Positions 1-22,727 of a stretch of 64,000 nucleotides of DNA are shown here, piece after piece. The DNA lies in the NCBI GenBank assembly GCA_030141605.1, contig JAQGDQ010000364.1, forward strand, positions 170,586 to 234,585, in the 5' to 3' direction. Source of the DNA: Tubiluchus corallicola (Eukaryota > Animalia > Priapulida). The translations under genes and the position numbers were made by a program. The first letter of the stretch is position 1; every line of letters starts with the position of its first letter. The notes under the pieces were generated by a model. That model was not told the DNA's origin. It made no database searches and worked only from the letters and a program-made list of their open reading frames with translations.

Positions 1-210
1 TCTTGGAGCAGTTTTTAAGCTGTGTGTCAACTGTCAAGTTTCATTTTCAGAAATTGAATAATTGCAGGTGCTTTCATCATTAGTGAATTAGTGAATTATC
101 TCGAAATTATGATCATAAATATTTAATTAAATAACCGATTGAATGAATTAAGTCTTAATTTCAATATATTGATCTGCATTGTATCGCATTTGTGGAGAAT
201 GGTCTCTAGG

Positions 211-292
211 CTCTCTCTCTCCCTTTCTCTCTCTCTCTCTCTCTCTCTCTCCCTCTCTCCTCTCCTGTCTCCTCTCTCTCTCTCTCTCTCTC

Positions 293-330
<38 letters not shown>

Positions 331-357
331 CCTCTCTACCTCCCTCTCTCTCTCTCA
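211..357. repeat. (CT)n microsatellite
   Basis: Near-pure CT dinucleotide run. Confidence 0.95.
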
Positions 358-1835
358 CTGACTCATTGCATGAGTTTATTGTTTTGTACTTTTTGTCTAA
401 GCATTGTATTCATCACTCATTTTACTTGTTCAAAGTAGACAAGTTTGGTTATCTGTCTGTCTCCCTCCTTTCTTTACTTCACGTTAATGGGCAAAGCTAC
501 GTACAGTACCAATAGTAACAGTGTTTTAATTACTGCCGGTTAATCACCTCAAATCTCTTGCGTAGTACTGATTTGCATTTACTCACTAATGACAAATGCA
601 TGCACTGGCCGACTCAGTAGGTGATTATTCAGGTTTATGCATGGCGTTATATTTGGAGGGCCATTTGTGTGACCTGTTACTGCCCAGCTAGTTGTTATCA
701 GGTAAGACAGTGTTGAACTCGCAGATTAGTTGCTATGTGGTTGGGGTTAGGGCATAGAATGTACTGTATTATGTATACCGGTTGACTCAATTCCCTCCAA
801 TGTGCAAAGCTTTGTGAGTCTTGGTAGTTTACGTAGCAGCATGTTTATAATGGCCAAGTACCAAGTACTGGCTGACCCTTAAATAATCCCTTCTTTCAAA
901 TGTGTTTAGTGACTGATTGCCAAGTCTACATAGACGCAGATTATAGTAGAGTCTTCACCTTTTGTCACCACGTTTTCGCCTATTGTCATGGCAACAGGCA
1001 TTGTCAAGCAGTGATGTCATTTTAATGTGCTGCTGAGCTCTTGTAGCTGATTTATTTAGTTAAAATTTTATTTTGAAGTCAACAGAGAATTTAAAATGTA
1101 TAAATCTTATACAGAGCAATGGAGTTTGTTTTGTATGTCACGTAAATAGTATAATCCGTATGCTTTGGGCCACGAAGACAGCCGGGGCACCAGGTGCTGG
1201 TTGTAGAGAAAATGCCCTCTTACATTCCGAGTACCACTTTCTACTATTGGTCATTGATGGTTAAATTTAAGAAAAAACTATCTTTGCGAGGGATGGGGGG
1301 GATGGGAATCCCTCTCTGTTATCCGAGTAAGTGCTTGTTTCAGACAAAACAGACAATCTGCAAATAATAAACGCAGGCAGGCGAAATCAAAATAAATGCT
1401 TCAGACACATGGATTAATCAGAACTCTAAACGCTTTTATTTAAACTTATAAAGATACAAATTAACACAAAGCTCTTTGCGTAAAATTTAACTCCAAAACA
1501 GTTTTCTTTCCGTCTGCTAAAAGTAGTTCCCAACTCCTCCGCTTCCTTGCCAAATAGTTTAGATTTATTTCGCAAAAAACGTATACATATACACTACATG
1601 TGCATCGATAATCAGTTTTTGTTACTGCAAAATTATGACACAATTCATGAATTCTGCGCTGGAGACCTAAGAAGCTAGCTCATGGTAGGCAAGTTCCACA
1701 TTAACAAAAAAAGAAAATTGTTGTTCCCTACGTTCCTCGCGAATATTTAACTGATTCGCGACCGGCTGTGCTTAAGGCACCAACACATCTTAGTCCTGCC
1801 CTGCACCTAATACATCAGTACATTTTTCAGACATT

Positions 1836-1874
1836 CGCGCGCGCGCGCGTGTGTGTGTGTGTGCGTGCGTGTGT
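1836..1874. repeat. (CG)n(TG)n alternating purine-pyrimidine tract
   Basis: cgcgcgcgcgcgcgtgtgtg... read directly. Confidence 0.85.
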
Positions 1875-2162
1875 AAAATTGCAAATTATTCCATGCATGC
1901 TTCCCCCTTCAACGTAACGCGTGATGCATTTTAGAAATCATTCAGATCATTGCTTCTAGATGGGAAAAAATACGCATTACAGTAATTCGTGCGTCACCGC
2001 GTCACCGCGCCTGTGTGACTCTTTGTTCTTCCGGAATTCTTCAAATTTTTCTCGTGCTTTCAGTCTGAGTGGCACGTGACTCCCGGAATCTAATGACGTC
2101 ACGGGTGTACGCTGAACCTGAACTTCTGTCACGTTCTTATATGAATCTAGAGATTAAATGAT

Positions 2163-2546
2163 TAGGGGCATATTAACCAATAGGCTAACTAACCTATAGC
2201 CTAGGGCGCCGAAGTTTGAGGGGCGTCACATTTTAGAAAAAGTTCTCCTCGGAAAATATCTATACTTTCATATTCATGTAAAGGACGCATTTTACAACAC
2301 ATCACAGGCTGTTACTAGTAGCAGCCTTTATATAAGTACCACATAGCGAAGATGCGCAGCCTGTAAGTGCTATGCAAATACATGTAATTAATAATAACCA
2401 CGTAGAAACTCGGTTAATGGCTTTTCTAATACACCACAAGTAATTGTTTAATCGACTCATTACATAAACAACTATAAATGCACAATAGAGATGTGCGCGA
2501 CAGAACTATCAGCTTAGGGCGTCGTAAGGTGGCTGATACGCCCTTG
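2163..2546. mobile_element. hAT-type MITE; end fragments of the same family at about 21500-21555 and 56616-56670
   Basis: Imperfect TIR taggggcatattaacca / tggctgatacgcccttg; perfect 8-bp TSD TAAATGAT on both sides. Confidence 0.85.
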
Positions 2547-2879
2547 TAAATGATCTAAATCTTGTAACTTAATACAAGTGCTTGATTTCGTGCACAGAGT
2601 TGTCTGATGAAGGGTAACTAAAGGTTGAAATTGTTACAACGAATACCCCTCAAAATAGTGAAAAACTGCGCTAGTTGTCACAAAAATCGCCTTCGTCTAG
2701 TTTGCATTGAAAATAATTGACGCATTGAGCACTTGCTGTTAATTTTAACAACAGTAACATACGAAATATTTACTTTTTGTCAAGCTCATGTGATAATTCT
2801 GTACATAGCTGATTGCGTTAGTTGCCAGCTAATTTGCGTTAGGGTTAGGCTTTACTGGCCTTTTATATATTTGGAAAAA

Positions 2880-3431
2880 TTAAAGGATAACCAAACGATT
2901 GTTTAGACTCAATCTCATTTTAATTTACTGTCCAAAATATACATTTTCTTGCTGATAAAGTTAGCGATTGTTTCTTATATTTGAATAATTAGCTTAGAAA
3001 ATTAATTAACGGCAACCGAACACAGCTATTGCTTACATCAGAAACTGACCACGGTTTTTGCAATGGCAGGCATCTTCCCTTGTGCCGCGAGCACGTTCGC
3101 TTAGGTATTACAGTACTGCTTAAACGCGTGATGTCACGAAAATGGGCTCTACGTCATTTGGCGTTAGAAACTAACACTGCAGTTCATGATCATGGTTAAT
3201 ACCGCCTACTATTTGTCGGTCACGCGAATGTGACAAAAAGGCACCCCTGCCAATCTTAGTAGATTCACTGCGCCACGCGTAACTTTGAAAGTTTAACGAA
3301 ATTTGAGTATCCGAGGTAATTATTATTTAATCTAAGCTTTGATTTAAAAAAAGCTATTGTGCTTTTCAATATTTTAGAGCATTCTTTATTCTGAACTAAT
3401 GTTTACACGATCGTCCGGTTTTCCTCTTTAA
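2880..3431 (+). mobile_element. Kolobok-like MITE (TTAA, AGG termini), copy 1
   Basis: TTAAAGGATAACC...GGTTTTCCTCTTTAA; about 550 bp, similar to copies at 25708, 33930 and 49149. Confidence 0.8.
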
Positions 3432-4248
3432 AAGTTTTTTTCCGTGTCAATTACATGCAGAGTGTAAATGATTTGATCTGTGATAGATTTTGTCTTCTAC
3501 TTTGCACCTTCTTGGTTCCCCCAGCTGAAAGCTGTGTGCTGAAAAAGATCTTATTGTGCAAACTTTGAACAGGCTAAACTCTGCAATTATCCCCCATTGT
3601 GAAACTTGCAGTAGTGGACCTGTATGCCTGAACTTTTCTACACCTGTCTATTATAAGTAACATCATCTTCTCACCTGCTTTTGTTGTCCACCAGGGGGCA
3701 ACTCTAGAGTAGAGGAGCAAGCGTTTTTGTAAACAAAAATTTATAAGATTATGGAATGGTTTTCCAGTATAAGCTAGCATAGCATGTAATAACAGGCTGA
3801 AAACATTTAAATACCTAAACAAAATTCAGAACCTGCTCTGAATTAGAAATGATTGATATTTGGATGTCTTGCACAGGGAAGCTGGTCATCGTACCAGTTT
3901 GACCGCTGGTCATCTCTGCTGGACAAAGCTTCCTGATAACAATAGAATGCAAACTTGAAGAAACTTGTCCGTGAAGTGAACCAGGCATGTGGCAGCTGTC
4001 TTGATTTTCTTTGTGAGATAAGGGTTGGGCCAGAAACTGAATTTCCGTGCTTGCAAACCTAATAAAGTCATTCCATAATTGTCAAATTTGGGCTATAATC
4101 CGGTGCCGGGTTTACCATCCTTATACATAGTAATTTTTTTATTAAATCTCATTTATTTGAAAATAAAATAAATACAAATCCATCCATTTGCATTGTAAGG
4201 GTGTACAACACAAATAAAAAATACACTACATACTGAAGGTCACCGCAA

Positions 4249-4249
<1 letters not shown>

Positions 4250-4296
<47 letters not shown>

Positions 4297-4456
4297 TTAA
4301 TGTACAATTAGTAGATTAATGAATATGCTTTGAATTTCAAGTTTATACAAGCAAATACACGCACATACACACACACGCACACACACATACACACACACAC
4401 AAACACACGCACACACACTGCCCCCCCTCTCTCTCTCCCTCTCTCTCACACACACA

Positions 4457-4540
<84 letters not shown>

Positions 4541-4724
4541 CTCTCTCACACATTCTCTACCTCTCTCTCTCACACACATACTCTCTGCCTCTCTCTCTCT
4601 CTGACTCTCTCCCTCTCTGCTGCTGCCTCTCTCTCTCTCTCTTTCTCTCCCCCTCTCTATATAAAACACAGAATTAATGTACAATTAATAGATTAATGAA
4701 TATGCTTTGAATTTCAAGTTTATT
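4250..4724. repeat. Compound (CA)n/(CT)n microsatellite with a roughly 57-bp direct repeat at 4291-4347 and 4668-4724
   Basis: Both copies read gaattaatgtacaatt(a/g)...gaatttcaagtttat. Confidence 0.9.
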
Positions 4725-5399
4725 ATCTGGAAATTTGAAACTATTGCAAAGATAGCTACGCGTCGTACGTTACTATTTTTTAACTGTGATTTCGTTTACG
4801 ATATCAATGAAACATGTACATACAGATACATAGCGGAAAATATACAGGTGTTCTAAATTAGTGAAGGTAATTTTACTATTATACATAGTAAGCCATTTGC
4901 TTAGGGCCCTGGAATATCTGGAGACCCACGGAAACTAATTTGCAGTGCAGCGAGCTAGTGTATAACATTAGTACATAGTACATAGTATTTCATTATGTAT
5001 AAATTACAGTATACAAAAGTATAAGGCAGCACTGGGTCCCTTGGTATAAATGTCCCGAGTATGGGACTTCTGTACTGTGTTAAATTGTGTTGGAGTTCAT
5101 ATTTCTTACATTATAATATTATATAGCATTGGTTGACATTTATTTGCATTTGATCATTGCAAAGAAATAATAATACAATGTAAATTTATTGATTTATGGC
5201 CAGCGTTGCTTGGCAACAGCATTATTTCTGTTGGTACTGAAACATGTCAACATTTCTATCAATGTGGGCGCTTACTGATAAGCATGGCGTAGGGCCCACA
5301 AGCAGGTAAAACTTGCCCTGACTATAGTCTTTCATAATGGTATTTTTATATAACAATATTTTTATTATATTCAAAAAGACAAAAAAACTTTGGCTGCAG

Positions 5400-6600
5400 C
5401 AATAACTGATAAAGAGGCATCATGTAGAAGAAATGGTGTACAGGTGGTGTTACTATTGCAGATGAGATACATAGAACTAGATTAATATACAATAAATACA
5501 TACATTAGTACAATGCTATGTACTAGGGGAAAACTTAGAATTGCACCAATCACACTAATGAGCGAAACGACAAGTATTTTTATATATGTTTGAACAATAT
5601 GAAATATAACTATATTTTGGTCATGGTTTAGTAGTGTACTACCATTTAAGAGTATACTAATTAGAGATTGACTATCCAAAAGAATAAGATCAAATGGAAT
5701 AATATTATTTAGGTACATCTTGTATATGAATTGCTCTCTACTTACAGCATATAGAGGGCATTCGCGGAGATAATGGGTAATAGATTCAGTATGATAACCA
5801 CAAGAACACTTTTACCAAGAATATTACCACTAGAATCTTTACAACCGTGTGTTCTTAAATTTTATTTATTTTATTTAAGAACATGTATAAAATACATTTT
5901 TTTATAAAAGAAAATGGCAGCAGGCATATCTCACTTATGCTAGCCATATAATACAATCTAAAGTAATTTACAATATGTTTACAATCACAATTATAAAACA
6001 TATATATGGGCAGTAAATATTTTATCTTAAACGAGAGAAACTTAAAACGGGGACACACTACATATAGTAAAAAATAGCTTTAAAAAACGATTAAAATGAT
6101 GATTAAGCTGAGAAAAATCTATTCTTAAGCGAGTATGGTGGATAAGCCATGATTTAAATATTTACGTCTGTTTGCGAAATTGATGTAATTGTTGAAATAA
6201 CGTTTGAAGCTACTGATCGAGGTTGATAATTGTATATAAGAAGGAAGCTTATTCCAAATGGATACGTCCAAAAGAAAGAAAGAATATGAAAGTAATCACA
6301 ACGAGTGCAAAATAAAGATAAGTTATTACAATTTCTTATCAAATAAGCAGATAATTCATTATTGGTAGCGGGCAGTAATTCATTTAGAAAGGATGGACAC
6401 AATCTATTGACAATTAAATAAAATATACAGAGTTTGTGAAAAAGTCTTCTGTCAGATAGTAGATCAAAGCCATTGACTTATAATAAGTTTGCCATATCGA
6501 AACTTTTCAAATATATTTTCAAAAGCAAGAAGAAATCGATGCTTTTGATTTATAGTTTGATTTAAAACTCATAATTTGAAATTACTTTGACTGTTTTATG
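5400..6600 (-). mobile_element. Decayed CR1/L2-like LINE remnant
   Basis: Broken ORF pieces (LIRNCNNLSLFCTR..SFF) resemble a CR1-type ORF2 C-terminus; AATAAA-rich tail near 5860-5880. Boundaries approximate. Confidence 0.4.
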
Positions 6601-8329
6601 ATATACTGCAGTTTGTTTAATGACCTGTAGTTACTGCATAATGGGAGTATACATGGTGTATATACATCATCTTAATAATTCAACGTAAATTTATTGATTT
6701 ATGGTCAGCGTTGCCTGGCAACAGCATTATTTCTGTTGATGTTCAGCAATTTTAATACATTGAAATGTAAATAGTTCAGTTTCTGGTGGAGGACACAGTC
6801 CTAGCTGTTACCTTGAGGAAATAATTCATAGTTCAGTTACAGTTTCATCTTTGCACCCCAGGGGTAAAATACCTTTTAGTTGTAACTCAGATAACTGTAT
6901 TACTGGTTTAGTAGTTTAGCCTGTAGGGTGCTAGTAATTAGGTCAGATGTTTGATGTGAATTTTACGGGCATTTTCCAAATCTGGTTTTCATGTTAATAC
7001 TATTATATTAATGTTCACTTTGATGCAGTTGGGAATTCTTGTCCTCGATGATGATCGATCTCTAACGTTAAAAATGAGAAGTTTACATCTTTCTACACTG
7101 CGTTTGAAGTATACACGTCAGAGGGCTTAGGATTTGTAGAGAAATAAACTCAATTGCAGGTTTTATCTTAAAAAATTGTAGACGCCAGCTATTTAGAATA
7201 GTAGAAATTGCAGCTTTATGATATAGCTTTACAACATTTACAATAAAAGTTTTTGATGGTGACACCAGTACGATGGCAATATTACCATATTATTTATTCG
7301 TACATAAAAAAGTACATTAATACACTACAGTAACACAGTACATTAGCAATATTTACAAATGTAAGCTGTACCAGCATAATTGTATATATAGTATATTATA
7401 TATATATATTACAAATATAATTACAGTAGTTAAGTATTTACAAATGTAATTAGTTACATTGCACACATTATACAATGGAAAAAAACAAAACAATGAAGAG
7501 ACAGAAATGACTTAGTAACTTTAAAAATTGAAAAGAAATACCATAAAATTTCATAAAATATTTATATTCATTCAATCGTCCATAATATATGTTACGATTT
7601 CATTTAATTTAGTCAAGTTACAAAAATAGAAGCGTTCTTTTGGAACAGCCCGTAGTTACTTGTGGCCAAAAACGAGTAAGAGCCGTCTGTATGTGACCTA
7701 TTTTCAAACACAGTAACAACGATCACTGTTATTTTGAGAGTGAAAGTGTGTCAGTCATCATCATCATCATCCGTATTTTGTCTGTGCGTTTATCGTTATG
7801 AATATTAATTCTTTCAAGTTAATGCAGTTTAGGGAATTTCGAAAGCAGCCATTGCAAAATTCTCAGTAATTGTCATTCTTTGCAAGTCTATGTTAAATTT
7901 ACTATCAATGTCAATATATACATACCGTAACAATTTATGTTTGAGTTAGGCTTTGTTAGAGTGTTAATAACAAGTATACTTATAGTATGATACCAATATG
8001 ATGGCAATATTACCATATTATTTATTCGTACATAAAAATACATTAATACTCCACACTCACACAATTCATTACAGTTTTAATATTTACAAATCTAAACATG
8101 CCTCCATAATAAATATATTGCATAATAAATGTACATGCAATATATAAAAATCTATATCCAAAATCTATATATATATGTATATCCAATACTAACAATCCAT
8201 ATCCATTACATGTACTTATATTAACAAGTGCAATAACTACTACAACTATAGAGCTCTAAATACAACATTTAGTAAAGTTTCCATCATGATTACATTATAT
8301 AATAAATTATTATATACAAAAGTATATAG

Positions 8330-8393
8330 TCACACACACACACACACAAGCACGCACGCACACAGACAAGCACGCACGCACACACACACACAC
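8330..8393. repeat. (CA)n-like microsatellite
   Basis: Read directly. Confidence 0.85.
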
Positions 8394-9949
8394 ATGTATA
8401 GTCATTATTATATAAGAAAAAATAACGGAATCACTTAAAAGTCACCGCACTGGTGTTATACATGCTATGTATAAACACCAAAAATATTGGGTCACTCCTT
8501 AGATTTTTCCAACAGTACAAAGGTTTTATATCAAAAAGTCGAAAGAGTAAATGTTTAAATTTTAATATCGAAAAGTTTTCTGCCTTGACAGAACTTTCTG
8601 CCATAACTGCTAAACCTATAAACTTGTAACTTTTACGATCAAAAGTTAATTTAATGTAATAACATGGCATGAAGTTTCAACTTTGTAGGGAACTTGCTTC
8701 CATTATTATTATTATAGTCTAAACTTGGCGCATTTTTTCTGCGCCACTCGATATAAACTTATTCTGGAGTTGGAACTCTGAAATTATTTAATTCTTATTG
8801 ATCAGAATAGTAACAATTGACAAAAATATCCTTATATTAAAAGAAAAACAGCGAAAAAAACGATTTTTCAAACTCCCTAGCTGTAGCTTATCTTCAGACG
8901 AAAATGGAGATGATAAATTATTAAACTCTTTGGCAAGGATCTCAATCTTTATTTTAGCGTATTGGCCGCGGAAAGACATTCAAAGTGGTAAAATGATAAT
9001 CACTAACATTACAGCTACAATTACTTTTACTATTGTATAATCGCTTTTCTTTCTGCTGTTATTCTGGTGTTGGTTTAAGCAGCACTGTTGCTGGTGTCGT
9101 CGTCGTTATGGCTGACGCGCTCACAACAATGATGACGACGATTCCTGCGTTAAATTAATCGTATCGGCTGCGCGCTTCATTAAAACGATGTCATAGCCCA
9201 CTTCACTACCTTCACCAGTCTGACCCACATTTTGCACTTTTTCCTCCACTCTCACTTGTACGTTACACCTGTTCTGCTAGTTCAGTTGTTTAATTACTCT
9301 AATGGATTGATCTAGTGGTTTTTACTCGAGGAGAAAGCTCAACCTCACCATGTATATGATAATTATTATGTAATAATTATACCTATCAATGGTGTATGTT
9401 AAAGATCCTTGCTTCTTATATCTTGTTAAGCAGTTATAATAATTATATCTGCCAGTGGTGTATGTTAAAGATCCTTGCATGTTATATCTTGTTGTCCAAT
9501 TATCTCATGTTATCTAATGTTATCTCATTTGAATCACTTTATAGATGACTCACAACAAAGAACTCTCATAGACATCATATCTGTAGAATTTTTCATTTTC
9601 CTTTATGCAAAACAATATGGCGTAAATCTATGATAGTTTAATTGCGATGATAGCAAATGAGTCACTTCTAAATTTGTACGTGTAACCTGGAAGTTTTAAT
9701 ACAAGTAAGTGGTGCATTGAAAGATAATCACATAATTCATATCCGTAACTATTAAAAAAAATTCACTCTTTAAGGCTCACTCAAAGTCGTAATTACATAT
9801 TATGTTTTCCTTTCTCAACTTTCAGGTTTATTACTCTTATACCATTGCTATTATTACATCATTTACTTCATCCTTATTTACATTAAGTTATCTACAGAAG
9901 CATGCTTAACTATAATAATTTTTTTATTGAAGGACGGTGAGTGTGTTAA

Positions 9950-10407
9950 CCCTTTCATACCCGTTGTGTCCCGTGGGATACGAGAATATTTTCTGCCTTT
10001 AAAATTAATAAAATTTTAAAACTGACAGTTATTTGATCTGTTAATAGTTATTTTGATTTAAGCCAATAACAATAGACTAAAAATGGTGATAAAATGGCAA
10101 ATTAAAAAATCTACATAGCATATGAAACTGCTCAAGGTGCAGTACTTTAGAGACGACATTGTACAGATCAGCATAGCATGCATACTAAATGTCTTAAATA
10201 CTTTAAAAAATTATCAGCAGTTGCAAAATGAAGCACATTTTATGCTTATATTGATCCCAATGTATCCCGTGGGATACAGGCTATATTTAGCACACGGGCA
10301 CAGGTAGAAAAAAACAATTATTATGTGTAAACAAGATGGACATACTGAACAAAAGTACCAAGCCAAAATTTTTTTTCTTATTAAAAAATAATTTGGGACT
10401 GAAAGGA
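9950..10407. mobile_element. piggyBac-like MITE
   Basis: TTAA|CCCTTTCATACCC ... GGGACTGAAAGGA|TTAA; internal repeat tcccgtgggatac occurs twice. Confidence 0.75.
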
Positions 10408-10603
10408 TTAATGACCGTATGGTCGTACACTCACCTCGCACTACTCAAATTATTTTATTTAAAGTTTATTAATGTGTTTGATATTGTATTTTTTGACGTG
10501 TGAAATAAAATTCATAGTTCATAGTTCATGGATAAAAAAGGAATATTAGCAACTTCTTTGCAAAATGTTTTATGAGAAACTTTCGAGTACAAACATTTTC
10601 TAA

Positions 10604-10970
10604 TCATCATCACCATCACCTCTGGAATCACACGTCCTCTGACATGACTCTTGCAATCACTTTAGACCATGCTGCCCTGTCACCCACAACCTCCCATATC
10701 TCTGCATTTTTGATATCTAACGATGTGTTGATAAGATTTTTTTGGATGAAATTGATCCAAGTCAGCAGCTGTCCTCCTTGCGGTTTCTTTTCTTTCTGCA
10801 GTGCTTCTTTGAAAGCTAATTTTAATGGACTGTCGTCTGGTAGTCGTACAACATGTAGCACGTCTTATCCATCTTAATCTTCTCCTTTTGATTTTAACTG
10901 TCCATTCCTCTGCCTTGACTTTATTATACAGATCCTGGTTTGATATTTTCCTTGACCACTCTATTCCCAA
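10604..10970 (-). mobile_element. RTE-type LINE 3' fragment
   Basis: Frameshifted peptide GIEWSRKISNQDLY..KRRRLRWI..VVRLPDDSP..DRAAW typical of an RT C-terminus; (TGA)n-like tail; homologous to 63505-63950. Confidence 0.8.
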
Positions 10971-11622
10971 ACTGTTTCCTGTAGAAACATTATTATTTTT
11001 GTAATGTTGAGTGAAAGCTTGACCACTCTGCTTGCAATTGGTGCAAGGCCTGATTGCTTTCTGTGCCTGAAATGGCAGCTGTTTGGTGACCCACCATTCG
11101 CAAAGAAAGTGCGAATAGTGAAAACTTACTACTTTCGATTTCCTACGTGAAGATGCTGAAAGCTTGACCACCTCTCACTCAAAATCAAAGGATAAAACCT
11201 TGGTGACCCAAAATACCCTTCGTGGGCTCGAAAAAGATAGCCCTCCATTTTTAAACTCGGTCATGCTCCTTAACGTTCACCAAAAAATTAACTTTAGCAC
11301 AAAAGTCCCATGAGAGTGAGAACTCGGACATAAGAAACCATACTGTAGCAAAATTTCTTGCAAACTCGCACACAGCGGCAGCCGTACTGATGTAGTATAG
11401 ATTCTTGATATATACGTATATATGTGTATGGTAAGCCATAAGGGCTATAAGGCAACAGGTACAAACGTTTTTATGGCCCTACTTCAAAGTATATCAGGAT
11501 TAGAAAGTGACAATACGTCTATTGTACATTTCTTCCTTGTTTAGTGTGGTAAGGCCCAATGGCTGTAGAAAGTGTTTGAATATCATTTAAATTTCCATGG
11601 GGCATTTTTTCCTGGTTGGGAG

Positions 11623-12154
11623 CAGTGGCGGCTCGTGTATAGGTATCGTGGTATTACAGCACCCCCTGTTTTCGCTCATTATTATACATTATAATATTCA
11701 ACATGATGTCTTTTTTCTTTAGTTCTTTTTTATGCTTGTGAGGAACAAGAGCACATGAGGGTAGTACTGTTTGCTTCACAGCCCAAGCAACGTGATGTTT
11801 GGCTGCTGTGCGCATGCCTCCATATGCACATGTCTGAGATAAGGTGCTCTACTTTAGGTAGAAAGAGTACTGTCGTCACGCAGTGTGTGTCAGTTGTCAC
11901 GTGCTTAAATGCCGTGTACCGACACATTCTTGAACTGCGACGATTTAAGCTATTATTCGTAAGCAAATAATAATTTTTGTTTAGCATTTTATCAAGTTTA
12001 TGTACAAATTTTTGTATGTTTGTTTATTTAAAATTACAATTGCAAATTACAACATTAAAATTAGGCATAATTGTTTCATTTTGCACAGTTTTAAAATGAC
12101 GGCTAAAGTTTTCTGAAACAGCCCCTCGGTAATTTTAGCTACGAGCTGCCACTC
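11623..12154 (+). mobile_element. hAT MITE (CAGTGGCGGCTCGT TIR family), copy 1
   Basis: TIRs at both ends; degenerate 8-bp TSD gttgggag/attggaag. Confidence 0.85.
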
Positions 12155-12349
12155 ATTGGAAGTTTAGGAACTAATCTTGTCTTACTAAAGATGTATAAGC
12201 AGCTCTTGTGTAAGATGGCATGTGACTTTAAAGCCGCTTTATGGAGATATCGAATGTCAAATTTAAAGATATCTTGATGGAGTGGATTAAATTTTCTTTA
12301 GTGGCAATTAATGCATTTAAAGCAGTTTGTTAAAAGATCAGTGTTAAAA

Positions 12350-12765
12350 TTTAAATGAAAGGCAATTTTAAGTGTTTCAATAAAAAACTTTCCATGCAAA
12401 GTTTATATTATTAAGCATTACACTTACCTCCTTGAAAGATTTAAGCAACTAAAAAAGAAAATTTGTAACAATTTAAAAGGTTTTTCACCAATTGGTAAAA
12501 TGTCACTGACTCACCTTCCCAGCATGCACCACTGATTCACCAAAAAACTTATTTTAATGATTCAGCTGATTCACCAAAAAACCTATCTTATCTTATTGAT
12601 AAGATACAGTAATTTAAAATTTTACTTAGTTAGTAACATGTATGCTATGAATGCTGTGATTATTTTTTTCAAACTTTACACAATGTTATCTAAACTTGTT
12701 TCAAGGGACCTTCCATTAAAATGGCTGTCATCACGGGAATTTAAGTGTACAAGTTTTGCATCATG
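12350..12765 (+). mobile_element. Internal fragment of the 15774-18141 element family
   Basis: Shares aaaaactttccatgcaaag, aaaatgtcRctgactcacc and gatacagtaatttaaaattttacttagttagtaacatg with 17400-18020. Confidence 0.7.
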
Positions 12766-12776
12766 AATTTTATTGA

Positions 12777-21727
<8,951 letters not shown>

Positions 21728-22727
21728 CGCGTAGCGGACCAGTTTTTAGCCAATGCCCCTAGAGGGCGCTCTGTAAATACTGACGTACTTACTCACGTTG
21801 CCAGTCGACTGGTGCTCAACGTTTAATCACAAAGCAAAGAAACCAAAATGCGTAAACAGGCACAGCCAGTCGATAAGCGGCACTCGGTTCATTTTACACG
21901 TGGTGGTCGGTTTATTAGTAGTGGATTTTAGACTAGCTTCTGCATCCAGACGAGTATTAATTGCAACACGGCAAGTTTTATCGATTGGCTGTGCCTTAAT
22001 TTAGTAGGCAGTTTTATATTTATTTCGTGTCTATATTATACGATGTAGATTTTGAAGAGATGTATAATTATATTATATATGAACAGGCCCCGCGAGGTAA
22101 AAGCAATACAATCTTACCATTACAGGGCTCTTGTAGTGTGTATTTTTTACTCCTGAAGGGCATCTAAGATTCTATCACTGCCCAGTTCTCAGATGATTGA
22201 TATTTTTACCGTGAATCATTGATATATGCATTTACTTGACGTGTGATGACTTTTGTCAATGGTTTTAAATTGTAGGTTGTTCTCATTGTATACAGTAGTT
22301 CTTAGAGATATAGAGTGAATAACTTTTCTGATTGTTGATTTTTTAAAAATTGTGGTAGTAAATTGAGGTCGAAATGCAATTTTTCGTCCGCCGTCGTTGA
22401 TCTAGTGCGAAGACATGTATTTTAGTTGAAGAATTATAATCAAGTAATATCAATGCATTAACATTTCAGTTGTCGATTCTTTAGGAAATGGTCTCCAAAG
22501 AAGAACGAATGTTTTAATTGCTTGCACATTGTAACGAAACTTTCTCTGATTACTTGTGTTTAGCACATGGCAAATTTAAGCTTTTAATCATTGTTGCAGT
22601 TTTAGTTTTTAACGTTTTTCATGCAGTAAAACTGAAATTTGATTCGTGTATTGTTCGTTAGATAAATTCAGCTGTTACATTATGTTCTGGCTAACAGCAT
22701 CACGGTAATAAATTCTAATTGTTTATA

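Noticed and set aside
139-4684. ORFs 139-438, 179-361, 4330-4677 and 4343-4684 with SL, ER, TH or VC repeats
   Set aside because: They are translations of CT/CA microsatellites, not genes.
8826-8833. ATATCCTT as the U12 donor for the NLK intron
   Set aside because: The preceding sequence encodes no NLK-like peptide, it lies in decayed repeat-like DNA, and it would need an AT-AG pairing.
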